From a virus: a stretch of DNA of 64,000 nt. Of the stretch, positions 35,015 through 46,459 are shown piece by piece. Both the position numbers and the translations under genes were made by a program. The stretch lies in IMG/VR virus record IMGVR_UViG_3300037307_000289; one strand, 5' to 3'. The notes under the pieces were generated by a model. The model was not told the origin of the DNA, made no database searches, and saw only the letters and a list, made by a program, of their open reading frames with translations. Numbering within the stretch: position 1 is the first letter of the stretch; the number at the start of each line of letters is the position of its first letter.

Positions 35015-38000
35015 TTATGATATAACTCTCCATCCTGTTGTTGAATCAACATATACAAGAGTCACATCTGCACGATCTTCATCTAATACATAATCATCTT
35101 CAATCTCTTCAATTTTATTACCATTTCTTCCCAGTGTACAATTATTTGTACCAAAGTTAACTGATGCATCAACAATCTTAATTTCATCACCAGTAGTTGG
35201 AGAACCAGGTAGAGTAATAGTAATTGCCCCACCAGATGTTTTAACTAATAGTTTGTCTCCATCCTGCGCTGAATAGTTCGAAGTTATTGTTGACCATCTT
35301 GTTACTGCAGCAGGTTGTGTAGAATCAGGATTATATAGAACTCCCCAATTTCTAAAGTCATCAGCTCCGCCTGCTGTCACTCTTAATCTTAAATCTAAAC
35401 CAGTATTTGTAAAGTAATGAATTTCATTGATAGTTACAGTTTCCCAATTAGTTCCATCAGCAGTCATTTCAAATGTATGACCAGCTGTTGTATCGCTATA
35501 ATCTACATATAGAATAGCTTGTGTAACAGCTGCCATTCCTGCATTTGAGTCATATAGATCATTTGATTCTAATATTTCTCCAACTGACGATGCTGAATAC
35601 ATATGGTTTGCAACTGAATGAGTCATAGTTGTTTCACCAGTATTAACATCATCAGTAGTTCTAAATGTATCAAAACCAGCGTTTAAATAAATTGAATTGT
35701 CTAATAATCTTTCATAGAATTGTGCCTCTAGATTTGTATCAATATAAATCTTTGTTGCACGTTCAGTTGGAACGGCTGCGTTTGAATTATCAGCTAATGC
35801 AGAATCGCTAGAAAATTCATTAACTCTTTGCCCTGATGCTAAAGCAAGACCATCACTATTTATAGTTGCTTCAACTGATCCATCAATTGTGCATGTTACT
35901 GTACCATTTGAACCTGTATCAGTAACTTCAACAGTTGAATCTCCTGCTATAATTAGATTTTGTGGACCTCCAACTGTTGAACCATCTACATTAACCCAAG
36001 TAGCTGTAGTTGCATCATATTGAATAATATCTAGGTTTTGAACTCCAGTAATATTAACATCTCCCAAATCTGCTAATAGATCAGGAGAAGTTCCTGAAGT
36101 ACCGCTTGAACCTGAACTACCTGATGTACCTGATGAACCACTAGTACCAGATGTTCCGCTAGTTCCTGAACTACCCGAAGTTCCACTTGAACCTGAAGTT
36201 CCAGATGAACCACTTGTACCTGCATCACCAGTTGGCCCCTGTTCTCCTGAAGTTCCAGATGAACCACTAGTTCCTGAACTACCAGATGTACCTGATGAAC
36301 CACTTGTACCTGAACTACCAGATGTACCTGAGCTTCCTGATGTTCCACTAGTACCTGAACTACCTGACGTACCAGATGTTCCACTTGACCCTGAACTTCC
36401 AGATGAACCAGATGTGCCTGAGCTACCAGAAGTTCCTGATGAACCAGATGTACCAGATGTGCCTGAGCTACCTGATGTGCCTGATGTGCCTGAGCTACCT
36501 GATGTACCTGATGAACCACTAGTACCTGAGCTACCTGATGTTCCTGAGCTACCTGATGTACCAGATGTTCCAGCTAATGATGATGAAGCAGATACTCTAC
36601 TTGTTACTAGACCTCTCCAGTCTATGTATGAATTTTCAGAATCTCCAGATGCTGAAACCATTTTAACATTACTATAAGTATCCCATCCATCATTTGTTTG
36701 ATAAATAAATGTTGCAATTGGTGTAAATTCTGCAGATGGTAAACCCAATGTGTAAATACTATCAATTTCTTCAATAGCTGCATCTCTTGCTGCTGTTCTT
36801 GTTGAATATTCATTTTGTCCCTGAATAGCAATAAAAGGCATACTAGGATCAGGAATAGCAAAGACGTGTGCTAGTACAAAATAGTTATTTGCTGAAACTT
36901 GAGTTTGACTTCCTGAACTACTTGTAATTTGGTTATAATTAACTCTTTGTCCAGTAGTTCCATAAGTCATTAAGAATGATTCTGGTCTCTTTCTCCAATC
37001 TGATCCATCTAAATAAAATAGTGGAATTTCTGCTGCATCAAATGGAGAGCTAACCCCTTGTTGTGGTATAGTATGCAAAATATCTTCATCAAAGAACGAA
37101 CCTTCCTGAATAATGAATTGATTTTGTCTATCTGAAGTAGGTGGGTCATCATTATTACTATCCTCAGTTGCAAGATCTAATACGGCCATACCCGAACCAT
37201 ATCTAGATCCAAATGTTGAGTGTAAATAATAATGTGTCGCCCAGTCCATGGTTACACCATGGCGTTCGTCAGCTTTAATTATCCATATATTACTTGAACT
37301 ATCCCAATAACCATTGGCAACAAATGCATAATTTTTTAATAAGTTTAAACTAAACGTATTAACAGCATTAATATTTTCATCATTATCAAGATAGAAGAAC
37401 CACATTCCTTCAGTTGGAGGACTTGAGAATGTATAAGTTTTAGTTCCTACTTCGTGTTCAACACCTTTAATTAGATATGTAAATGTTGATCCTGTTGGTT
37501 GAATTGACAAACTTTGTGAAGTAGCATCATCCCAAACCAAAGTAGATTCTGTTCTATCAAAGATACCAGTTGGTTCAAATGTGAATGTTCCAAGATAGTT
37601 CATAACTTCTTGAAGAGTTGTACTTGTTCCTGAACTACCTGAAGTACCAGATGATCCGCTTGTACCACTTGAGCCTGAAGTTCCTGAACTACCCGAGGTT
37701 CCGCTTGATCCACTAGTTCCTGATGAACCACTAGTTCCAGATGAACCTGAACTGCCAGATGTACCTGATGTACCACTTGATCCACTAGTTCCTGATGAAC
37801 CACTTGTTCCTGAACTACCTGATGTTCCAGATGATCCTGATGTGCCGCTAGAACCTGATGTACCTGATGTACCACTAGTTCCTGATGTACCACTAGAACC
37901 TGATGATCCTGAGGAACCACTAGAACCTGATGAACCGCTAGTACCTGATGAACCGCTAGTACCTGAACTACCTGAAGTTCCAGATGTTCCGCTTGATCCT

Positions 38001-39262
38001 GATGAACCAGATGTACCAGATGAACCGGAACTGCCTGACGTACCAGATGTTCCTGAACTTCCTGATGTTCCTGAACTGCCCGATGTTCCAGAAGTTCCAT
38101 TGCTACCTGATCTTGCAAAGTCGAAATAGAAATATTGATCGTCTGTTGCATTATCACCAGCAACAACATTAGTTACAGAAACTTTCCAATAACCAGATTC
38201 ATCACTAACTGCTGTTACTGTAAATATACCATATATACTTGTTGAGATATTTCTGCGAATTGTTAATGTACCCTTATTAGGATTTAAAGGGTCATCCCAA
38301 CTTGAAATCCAATTTGATATATCATCATCACCTTGTGTGAGATCGTCTATATAAAGTTCTGTAACAGATCCCCATGAGGCATTATTCATCCTGAAATAAC
38401 CATCTCCAGGATCAGCCTCTGCGGTTACATTATCAAATCTATAAAACGCACCAGCTGCAATTGGATTACCTGATGTACCAGAACTTCCACTTGAACCACT
38501 TGAGCCTGAGGTTCCTGAGCTTCCACTTGTACCTGATGTTCCAGAAGTACCACTTATTCCATTAGTTCCAGAAGTACCACTAGTTCCAGAAGTACCTGAT
38601 GCTTCAGCATTAGCTTCAGCTATAATCCATTCAAATTTATAATTTTGTGAGTCGGTTTCTCCTGTTAGTAGAACAGTAAAACTAGTTTCGTCTCTAGCTA
38701 TAACTGTCCATGCATAAATTGAAGGAGTAGCGTCAACACTATTAGTTATACTACCTGAAACTTTATATGTTGAAGTTCCTTGACTTTCAGAAAAGATTAC
38801 TATAAATGATGATGAATCATCCGGAATACTAAATATTCCAGCTGTAACCCCTTCTCCTGATGTACCACTAGTTCCGCTAGAACCTGAACTACCTGATGTT
38901 CCACTTGATCCACTTGTTCCACTTGATCCACTTGTTCCAGATGACCCTACATGATTATCAACGTAAAATTTAACTGCTTTTTCAGTTGGAACAGCTAAAT
39001 CAGAATCTCCTGATAATGTTCCATCTGTAGAAAATTCATTAACACCTGTACCATTTTTTAAACTAGTAACCCCTGTATCTGTAATTGAAAATACGGAAAC
39101 ATTTGATGTATCGGTAACCTTGAATCCATCTTCATCTTGCATTTGTAGTGAATCAAGAATAATCTTCTTATCATCACCAACATTCCAGTCACCGGTTAGG
39201 GTATTGGTTCCATCTCGTTTTACAACAAGATCTTTTCGTATCCATTTAGGATCAAATGTCAT
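35015..39262 (-). CDS. giant tail fiber with collagen-like (G-T/S-S)n triplet tracts (1415 aa)
   Basis: Three long [13 protein letters not shown].. tracts. Two copies of the shared module ([29 protein letters not shown]; [29 protein letters not shown]). Confidence 0.75.
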   Translation of the reverse strand: MTFDPKWIRKDLVVKRDGTNTLTGDWNVGDDKKIILDSLQMQDEDGFKVTDTSNVSVFSITDTGVTSLKNGTGVNEFSTDGTLSGDSDLAVPTEKAVKFYVDNHVGSSGTSGSSGTSGSSGTSGSSGSSGTSGTSGEGVTAGIFSIPDDSSSFIVIFSESQGTSTYKVSGSITNSVDATPSIYAWTVIARDETSFTVLLTGETDSQNYKFEWIIAEANAEASGTSGTSGTSGTNGISGTSGTSGTSGSSGTSGSSGSSGSSGTSGNPIAAGAFYRFDNVTAEADPGDGYFRMNNASWGSVTELYIDDLTQGDDDISNWISSWDDPLNPNKGTLTIRRNISTSIYGIFTVTAVSDESGYWKVSVTNVVAGDNATDDQYFYFDFARSGSNGTSGTSGSSGTSGSSGTSGTSGSSGSSGTSGSSGSSGTSGTSGSSGTSGSSGTSGSSGSSGSSGSSGSSGTSGTSGTSGTSGSSGTSGSSGTSGSSGTSGSSGTSGSSGTSGTSGSSGSSGTSGSSGTSGSSGTSGSSGTSGSSGTSGSSGTSGSSGTSTTLQEVMNYLGTFTFEPTGIFDRTESTLVWDDATSQSLSIQPTGSTFTYLIKGVEHEVGTKTYTFSSPPTEGMWFFYLDNDENINAVNTFSLNLLKNYAFVANGYWDSSSNIWIIKADERHGVTMDWATHYYLHSTFGSRYGSGMAVLDLATEDSNNDDPPTSDRQNQFIIQEGSFFDEDILHTIPQQGVSSPFDAAEIPLFYLDGSDWRKRPESFLMTYGTTGQRVNYNQITSSSGSQTQVSANNYFVLAHVFAIPDPSMPFIAIQGQNEYSTRTAARDAAIEEIDSIYTLGLPSAEFTPIATFIYQTNDGWDTYSNVKMVSASGDSENSYIDWRGLVTSRVSASSSLAGTSGTSGSSGTSGSSGTSGSSGTSGSSGTSGTSGSSGTSGTSGSSGTSGSSGTSGSSGSSGSSGTSGTSGSSGTSGTSGSSGTSGSSGTSGSSGTSGSSGTSGSSGTSGEQGPTGDAGTSGSSGTSGSSGTSGSSGTSGTSGTSGSSGTSGSSGSSGTSGTSPDLLADLGDVNITGVQNLDIIQYDATTATWVNVDGSTVGGPQNLIIAGDSTVEVTDTGSNGTVTCTIDGSVEATINSDGLALASGQRVNEFSSDSALADNSNAAVPTERATKIYIDTNLEAQFYERLLDNSIYLNAGFDTFRTTDDVNTGETTMTHSVANHMYSASSVGEILESNDLYDSNAGMAAVTQAILYVDYSDTTAGHTFEMTADGTNWETVTINEIHYFTNTGLDLRLRVTAGGADDFRNWGVLYNPDSTQPAAVTRWSTITSNYSAQDGDKLLVKTSGGAITITLPGSPTTGDEIKIVDASVNFGTNNCTLGRNGNKIEEIEDDYVLDEDRADVTLVYVDSTTGWRVIS

Positions 39263-39282
39263 ATCAGGTAGCCTCTTAGGGA

Positions 39283-39342
39283 ATTAAAAAAAAAATAGTT
39301 GAAAAACTGTGGAGAAGCTCCAAACTTCGAAGCTTCTCCACA
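39283..39342 (-). terminator. rho-independent terminator on the minus strand: perfect 12-bp stem (tgtggagaagct/agcttctccaca), 11-nt loop, then a T-rich tract
   Basis: In minus orientation the hairpin is followed by GTTTTTCAACTATTTTTTTTTTT. Lies just past the stop of the 2337-aa fiber gene. Confidence 0.65.
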
Positions 39343-39357
39343 ATTCGTTTGATAAGA

Positions 39358-42300
39358 TTAAATGATAAAGAAGTTGGTTCCGTCACAAACAAATGTATAT
39401 GCTTGATAGCCAGTATCAATAATAATTTGTGACTGACCATCAATCATACCAGGTGTGGTTGTGATATAAACCTTATTACCATCAGTTGATTTCTTCTTGA
39501 TAATAATCTTACCATCTGTTGATTCCAATAGTTGAATAGTAACATCTCCAGCAGTTGTGTCTGCTAGAATTACATCTCCAGTTGAAGCTGTTGTATCTGC
39601 ATAAACGTTTCTTACATTGATTAGATCTAGTTCTTGTCTTAGATCGTTAATTTCAGTATCAACATAAGTTTTAACTGCTTGTTCAGTTGGAACTGCTGTA
39701 TCTGAATTACCCACTAGTGTTCCATCAATTGAAAATTCAACAATTGAAGCTCCAGTTTGTAATGTTAGACCAGAAGTATTAACTGTTGCATATGCTGTAT
39801 TATTTGCCTCAAATATAATACTTCCAGTTTGATCAATAGAAATATTAGTATCTGCTGCAGTTCCAATTGTAATCAAGTTTACTCCACCATCAAATACTAG
39901 AGTTGAACCTGCGTACAATTTAGCTGTATCCGCTGTTTGATCTAGATCCAATCTTGAATCTCCAGAAACACCAAATGTTTGACTTGTTGTTGCACCGTCA
40001 ATAATTTGAGTTGTTCCTGCATATAGATCTGCTAGATCATTTGATGCATCCAAGAATAGTCTTGAATCTGCTGCTAAACCAATTGTTTGTGCTGTATCTG
40101 TAAAGTTACCAACTGAAATATTACCTGAATTTAATGAGATCTGATTTGATCCTTGTAATAAGGTAATAAATGTATCATCGCCTTTACCAAGTGTCTGACT
40201 TGTATCACCTAAAAGCAACAATTGAGTGGTACCAGCATAACATGCAATTGAATTTCCAGCTTGATCTACAACAATTCTTGAATCTGTTGAAATACCTAAT
40301 GTTTGTGCTGTTGTTCCACCAGTAAATATATCTGATGCTCCAGCAGTCATTGTTATAGTATTTGCTCCTTGTGCTAATGTAATTAAAGTATCTCCAGATA
40401 CACCAACTACTTGTGTTGCAACTGCTCCTGCAAATACTCTTGTTGCACCTGCATAAAGATCAGCAGTATTTGTTGATTGATCTAGAACTAGACTTGAATC
40501 TCCAGCAACACCAAAGATTTGTGTGGTTGTTGCTCCATCAATAATTTGAGTTGTTCCTGCATAAAGATCAGCTGTTCCTGTTGCAAGTTCTAGTCTTGAA
40601 TCGCTTGACAAACCAACTCTTTGTGATGAACCCAAGCTTAGTACATCAGCAGGAGTTGCTCCACCATAAACAGTTACTAAATTATTAGTAACTTCTAATC
40701 TTGATTCTGTTGCTTGACCAATTGTTTGTGTTGTAGCATTAAATGTTGAAACAGCAACATTATCAGCAGTAACAGTAATAACTCCAGCATCTGTACCATC
40801 ATCAATAACTTCAACCTTTGAGTCATCTTGCCAAATTAGATTTGCTTGACCACCAATTTGTGAATCAACATATGTCTTAACTGCTTTTTCAGTTGGTACT
40901 GCATCATCTGAATCACCAGCTAAAGTAACATCTGTTGAAAATTCATTAACTGATGTTCCTAGTTGAAGTGTTAGACCATCACTATCAAATTGACCTCTTT
41001 GTGCTAAACCAGTTACGAATATAATATTATTTGATGTTTGGTCAACTTTAATATATTCGTCACCAAGAGTTTCAAATCTTCTATTATCATCATTCCACCA
41101 AGCAACTTTATAACCATCTGGATCATCTTCTCTGGTTGCAACAGCTTGGGTTTGGCCAGTTTCGCCAACTCTAAATGTATCTGTTGATTCTTGAAAAATA
41201 AATTGATAGATTGGGGATGACCCACGATCAACTTCAAGACCTGCGATTCCTCTTGTTACACCTGGTCCTGGATCTCCATAGTTTACTGTGATGATATTAT
41301 CTTCAGTTTTTACTTCTTCATTAAATACAATAAAAGCGGTTCCATCAATTGATAGATTACCTCTAACTGTTAGATCACCTTCAACACTTACTCCAGTATT
41401 TTCAACTTGCATTTGAAGAGTATTACCAGTGTAAGCGTTAATTTGATCGTCAGTTTGATTAATAGTAAAGTATGTATCGCCTGAAACACCAAGTGTTAAT
41501 ACGTTTGTTGTTCCATTAACAACCTTAACAGTTCCTGCATATAAATCAATTGTATCATTTGTTTGATCTGTTTCTAATCTTGAATCTCCAGCAACACCAA
41601 ATACTTGTAGATTCAATTCGCCTCTAACAATTCTATTTACTCCTGCATATAGATCAGCATAATCATTTGCTTGATCAAAGAATAGATTTGAATCACCAGC
41701 AACACCAAAGATTTGTGTGGTTGTTGCTCCATCAATAATTTGAGTTGTTCCTGCATATAGATCAGCTAGATCGTTTGTTGTATCAAGAACTAGTCTTGAA
41801 TCTGCTGCTTGACCAATTCTCAATGTTGTTAATGACAATTGAGCGACATTTATATTACCAGCAGAGAAACTAATAATATCTGCAACATTATTAATATTCA
41901 TTCTGGTATCTGCAGTCATACCAACTGTAACTGCTGTTAATGAACCACTAAAAACATTAGTTGTTCCTGCATATAGATCAACTGTAGGAGCTGGGGAAAC
42001 AACTAATTCAACTCTTGAACTTGCAGATTGTCCAATTCTTTGTGTATTCAATGTTAATGATTGAACATCTGTATTATCAGCTTTGGTTACAATTGAACCA
42101 GTACCTGCATCAGTTACTCTAACTTCTGAATCACCTTCCCAAATTCTATTTGCTTGACCACCAATTTGTGAATCAACATAAGCTTTAACTGCTGCTTGTG
42201 TTGGTACAATATTATCTGATGGTGTAACATCTCCTAGTGTATCATCAGTTGAAAATTCATTGATCTTTGCACCAGTTGCTAATTGAACTCCAGTTGAATC

Positions 42301-45300
42301 AAATAAAGCAATCTGATCTGTTGAATCAACATCATGTATATGAATACCAGCAGTATTACCATATAAAAATGCTGTTCCAGGAGCCGCATTAGGATTTCCA
42401 ATTCCGAATGTATTTGATGTTGCATAGAATACTATATCAATTGAATTAATAAATAATGATGCTGATGTTGAATCTAACGCTATTTTTACTGTGTCTGGTG
42501 AATCGCCTGCATAGATATCTACAGTTTGATCTTGTGTATGAATATCAATTCCTGCATTTGTACCATTATCACCAAACCAAACTCTATTTGATGTAACACT
42601 ACCTTTTTGTGAAGGAGTATTAAAGAATAGTTCAGTATCATCTAGATCTGCTTTAAAGTTAACACTAGTTATATCACCAAGTGTTACACCATTGTCTGTA
42701 AATAAACCAACTTCAAGACCATCAGCTTTAATAGAAACAGCGCCATCTGTTCCTGTATCTGTTACAACTACTTCGGAGTTTAATTGCCAAATTCTATTTG
42801 GTGCCATTCCAGAAATTTGTGTGTCAACATAATCCTTAACTGCATGTTCTGTTACTAAAGCTGTTGTTGAATCTCCTGTCAATGATGGGTCATTTGTAAA
42901 CTCATTGATGATTGCACCACCAAGAGTTCCACCTTGGGCCATTTGAAGTCCATTAGAAGTCAATTGCATTCCATAACCAGAACCAATATGGAAATCAATA
43001 ACATCTGTTAGACCTGATAGATAAATTCTTGTATCTGAATCTCTACCAATTACTTGAACACCATCAGTCCAATACCCTTGAATAGTGCTATTGACCCAAA
43101 CATTTAATGCACCATCGCCTTGGTTTACTTCTAGTACTACATTTCCTGATACACCAATACTTTGATCAAAACCAAATCTTGCAACAGAAGCAGGTGTTGC
43201 CCCAGCGTATAACTCAATTAAGTCATCACCAACTAACAATCTTGATTCTGCTGCTTTACCAATTCTTTGAGTTGATGAAAGAACATCAAAATATGCAACT
43301 TGAACTCCATCAGTTACGATTTGAACATAACCAGTTGCAGTTCCATCGTCAACAACTTCAACCTTAGAATCATCAGCCCAAATCTTATCAGGATTTAGAT
43401 TTGCAATTTGAGTATCAACATATACCTTAACTGCATGTTCTGTTGGTACTGATGCACTTGAATCATCTACTAGTGTAGTATCATTTGAAATATCATTTAC
43501 TGGTACGCCATTATCTAGTGTTAATGAACCACCTGCAACTGTAACGCCAGCATTAAATGTTGTTAGTCCTGTAAATGGTCTTAGACCAGTTAGTCTAGCG
43601 TATTGTAGATGGTCATCATCTGCTAGTCCTGATAATGAACCGTGATCTGTTACTTGACCAGGTACTGAAGAAATTTTTGCATATCTCCAGTCAGCATAAT
43701 CTCCGCCTTGTGCTGGTCTAGCAGATGTTTTTACAGAGTTTGTAAATGAGTTACTTGTTTGGTACAGAACAGAACCAATTGCTACAAATTCTGCAAATGG
43801 AACTCCTTGTAGAACCATTTCATTGATTTGATTGGCTTGTTCTTGTGCTGTTGTTAAATCAGAATATTGTGTTTGACCAAGAATACCAATAATTTTACGA
43901 CTATTATCATAGTCATTAGTAGCAAAATAGTGAACATAAACATAATAATTATCTGTTGCTTCTGTTAGCTGCCATGATCCACCAGATAGTTCATTCCATG
44001 CCATACGGCCTGAACCAGTGGTAATCAATGGGAAGTTATTAGCAGTACTACTTCTCCAATTTCCTGCTCCTGCTCCAGATCTGTAGAAAATAGGAATATT
44101 TGCAGGCGCAGATTTAGTAGGAATACTTGTAGTAATATCTTCATCGAAAATAGTACCTGCTGAAACAGATAGTTGTGCTTCAACATCTAGACTTCCAGTT
44201 CCATCAGTTACAAGATCACCAATACCTAAACCATCAAGATAAACTGTTCCTCTTGAGTTATGTAGATTCCAGTGTGTGGCGCCATCCATGATAATTCCAT
44301 GTCTTTCATCACCAACATAGATGGCCTTATTATTTGTGGCATCCCAATAAATAACTGAAACGTATGGAACAGTAAAAATATAGTCATTAGACCATGTAGT
44401 AGAATGAGTCAATATTCCATTGTCGTTAAAATAAATATAATGTAGTCCTTCTACATCAGTAATTTCAACTGAAGTAGAAGAGTCTATAACATATCTTTGA
44501 CCTCTAATAAAAATATCAAATGAATCACCAACTGGAACAATACTGAAAACTCTACTTGTACTATCAAATGAAATTGTAGAATCATTTCTTTGTTCAATAC
44601 CATTTGGGTCTCTCATTGAGTAATGAATATCATCAATATATGATCTTACTGCTTTTTCAGAAGCTACAACTGTATCTGATCCTACTCCGCCATTGTATCC
44701 ACCAAGTGTATTATCAGTTGAAAACTCATTGATTGCTGAACCTGCAGATAAAGTAAGCCCATTAGAATCAAATTGACCAACTGTGACGTTAGCAGACTTA
44801 AATGTAATCAAATTGGTTGATTGGTCAATAGTAATAATTGTATCTGCGCTAACACCAAGTGATTGTGTAAGAAGTCCTAAATTTAATACTTCGGTGGTTG
44901 CTGATTTAACAGATACTACATTAGTATTTGTATCTAAATCAATTCTAGTATCGCCGCTTGGGCCAATTCTTACAATCTTTGTAGTTCCAAGATCTTCAAA
45001 TCTACCCATTTCTGTATCATTAATTTGAATTGTCACATACTGAGTAGCTTCTGATGTTGAGTCTTGAACTTCTACTTTTGAATTTCCTTCATCAATAATA
45101 TATCTTGGTACACCGCCGATTTGGTTATCAACATAATCTTTAACTGCATAAGAAGTTGGTAATGTTGTTGCACTTGAACTTAATGTTGAGTTTGAAATAG
45201 CATTAACTGAAACGCCTGATGCTAAAGAGAAGTCCTCTAATACTTGTAGATCTTTAGCAAATGCTGCTTTTGAACCTGCCCAAATTGTTCTCTTAACATC

Positions 45301-46371
45301 AGTATCAACACCCAAGAACAAGAACTCGCCGCTACTAAATACACCAGCTGTTAATGATGCTAGGGTAGTCCAGGTTCCCCCAAATTGAGTTTCAGCTTTA
45401 ACACTTACATTTAGATTATCTCTAATTTGGAAGTATGCTGCTGTTCCTGCACTATTTCTATAAGCAAAACCATATGTGTTGTTTGGTAGTGCAAATAAAG
45501 ACCCGCCAGTCTTTGTGGTGGTTGCAACAATTGTAGAAGCAACTATTTCATTACCATCAGGATCAATGATACCAACCCCAAGATCATTGCTATCATTATA
45601 TGCATAAACAACATGACCATTTGATAGTAAAGTAGTTGGGTAATCAACTAAAGTTCCAAGTACTCCAAGAGATGTTGCTCCTAATACTTGGGTTCCTTGA
45701 CGATCATATATATAATACCAAGCAGAAGTTGAGTTGGTAATAAACACCATAAAATTACCATCTTGTAAACCAACAACTTCGTTTCTATCAACATTTGCAG
45801 AACTGATAATAACTTCAGTTCTTACTACATCTCCATCTTGGTCAAAAATTTGGAAAGCATTTTTTGACGAACCATTGGAATAACCAATAACAAAATTACC
45901 ATCTGCTAGAGGAGTTACAGAAAATTCTGTAAACCCTCCTGTACCTGCAACTACAGTAGAAACTGTAACAACATTCAATCTTTCATCATAAATGATGAAT
46001 CTAATTCTTGGTGTTGCAGCTTCATAGAAAGCAATAACAACATTGCCGTTAGCAAGAGTTGCTGCCTTTAGATAGTTTCCTGTTGCTGCTGCTCCGATTG
46101 TTACAGCGGAAACAACGACAGATCCTGATGGATTAACAACTGCTACTTTGTAATCAGTATCTGCATATGCAACAAGCATATTACCGCTTCTTAATTTAGC
46201 AGTTGCTAGAGCTTGATCTCCATTTACAGCTAGATTTCCTAAGGCAACGCTTTGTGCCCAGTCTGCTACATCAAGACCAGCACTTCCAGCCAGTGAAACT
46301 AATGAGTTTACATCTCCACCATTCACTGAAAATAGTGGAATTTGGTTTAACCATCTTGGGTCGAAAGTCAT
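39358..46371 (-). CDS. giant tail fiber protein (2337 aa) with six copies of the about 60-aa fiber module and internal LYAG-type beta repeats
   Basis: Modules such as [54 protein letters not shown] recur 6 times. DLYAGTTQIIDGATTTQIFGVAGDS repeats 3 times. Confidence 0.8.
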   Translation of the reverse strand: MTFDPRWLNQIPLFSVNGGDVNSLVSLAGSAGLDVADWAQSVALGNLAVNGDQALATAKLRSGNMLVAYADTDYKVAVVNPSGSVVVSAVTIGAAATGNYLKAATLANGNVVIAFYEAATPRIRFIIYDERLNVVTVSTVVAGTGGFTEFSVTPLADGNFVIGYSNGSSKNAFQIFDQDGDVVRTEVIISSANVDRNEVVGLQDGNFMVFITNSTSAWYYIYDRQGTQVLGATSLGVLGTLVDYPTTLLSNGHVVYAYNDSNDLGVGIIDPDGNEIVASTIVATTTKTGGSLFALPNNTYGFAYRNSAGTAAYFQIRDNLNVSVKAETQFGGTWTTLASLTAGVFSSGEFLFLGVDTDVKRTIWAGSKAAFAKDLQVLEDFSLASGVSVNAISNSTLSSSATTLPTSYAVKDYVDNQIGGVPRYIIDEGNSKVEVQDSTSEATQYVTIQINDTEMGRFEDLGTTKIVRIGPSGDTRIDLDTNTNVVSVKSATTEVLNLGLLTQSLGVSADTIITIDQSTNLITFKSANVTVGQFDSNGLTLSAGSAINEFSTDNTLGGYNGGVGSDTVVASEKAVRSYIDDIHYSMRDPNGIEQRNDSTISFDSTSRVFSIVPVGDSFDIFIRGQRYVIDSSTSVEITDVEGLHYIYFNDNGILTHSTTWSNDYIFTVPYVSVIYWDATNNKAIYVGDERHGIIMDGATHWNLHNSRGTVYLDGLGIGDLVTDGTGSLDVEAQLSVSAGTIFDEDITTSIPTKSAPANIPIFYRSGAGAGNWRSSTANNFPLITTGSGRMAWNELSGGSWQLTEATDNYYVYVHYFATNDYDNSRKIIGILGQTQYSDLTTAQEQANQINEMVLQGVPFAEFVAIGSVLYQTSNSFTNSVKTSARPAQGGDYADWRYAKISSVPGQVTDHGSLSGLADDDHLQYARLTGLRPFTGLTTFNAGVTVAGGSLTLDNGVPVNDISNDTTLVDDSSASVPTEHAVKVYVDTQIANLNPDKIWADDSKVEVVDDGTATGYVQIVTDGVQVAYFDVLSSTQRIGKAAESRLLVGDDLIELYAGATPASVARFGFDQSIGVSGNVVLEVNQGDGALNVWVNSTIQGYWTDGVQVIGRDSDTRIYLSGLTDVIDFHIGSGYGMQLTSNGLQMAQGGTLGGAIINEFTNDPSLTGDSTTALVTEHAVKDYVDTQISGMAPNRIWQLNSEVVVTDTGTDGAVSIKADGLEVGLFTDNGVTLGDITSVNFKADLDDTELFFNTPSQKGSVTSNRVWFGDNGTNAGIDIHTQDQTVDIYAGDSPDTVKIALDSTSASLFINSIDIVFYATSNTFGIGNPNAAPGTAFLYGNTAGIHIHDVDSTDQIALFDSTGVQLATGAKINEFSTDDTLGDVTPSDNIVPTQAAVKAYVDSQIGGQANRIWEGDSEVRVTDAGTGSIVTKADNTDVQSLTLNTQRIGQSASSRVELVVSPAPTVDLYAGTTNVFSGSLTAVTVGMTADTRMNINNVADIISFSAGNINVAQLSLTTLRIGQAADSRLVLDTTNDLADLYAGTTQIIDGATTTQIFGVAGDSNLFFDQANDYADLYAGVNRIVRGELNLQVFGVAGDSRLETDQTNDTIDLYAGTVKVVNGTTNVLTLGVSGDTYFTINQTDDQINAYTGNTLQMQVENTGVSVEGDLTVRGNLSIDGTAFIVFNEEVKTEDNIITVNYGDPGPGVTRGIAGLEVDRGSSPIYQFIFQESTDTFRVGETGQTQAVATREDDPDGYKVAWWNDDNRRFETLGDEYIKVDQTSNNIIFVTGLAQRGQFDSDGLTLQLGTSVNEFSTDVTLAGDSDDAVPTEKAVKTYVDSQIGGQANLIWQDDSKVEVIDDGTDAGVITVTADNVAVSTFNATTQTIGQATESRLEVTNNLVTVYGGATPADVLSLGSSQRVGLSSDSRLELATGTADLYAGTTQIIDGATTTQIFGVAGDSSLVLDQSTNTADLYAGATRVFAGAVATQVVGVSGDTLITLAQGANTITMTAGASDIFTGGTTAQTLGISTDSRIVVDQAGNSIACYAGTTQLLLLGDTSQTLGKGDDTFITLLQGSNQISLNSGNISVGNFTDTAQTIGLAADSRLFLDASNDLADLYAGTTQIIDGATTSQTFGVSGDSRLDLDQTADTAKLYAGSTLVFDGGVNLITIGTAADTNISIDQTGSIIFEANNTAYATVNTSGLTLQTGASIVEFSIDGTLVGNSDTAVPTEQAVKTYVDTEINDLRQELDLINVRNVYADTTASTGDVILADTTAGDVTIQLLESTDGKIIIKKKSTDGNKVYITTTPGMIDGQSQIIIDTGYQAYTFVCDGTNFFII

Positions 46372-46459
46372 AATAAATTTCCTCCACTTAATATTGACGG
46401 GTAATCAAACTTAATCATGTATTTGTTCCAAAAATATAGTAAGATTAAAACCGTTATAA

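Noticed and set aside
36073-38172. Several long ORFs (36073..36519, 36414..36677, 36622..36861, 37600..38169, 37842..38129, 37984..38172) on both strands inside the 1415-aa fiber gene
   Set aside because: Low-complexity translations (VHQ.., PELPDVPD..) generated by the (GTSGSSG)n triplet repeat DNA. Shadow ORFs.
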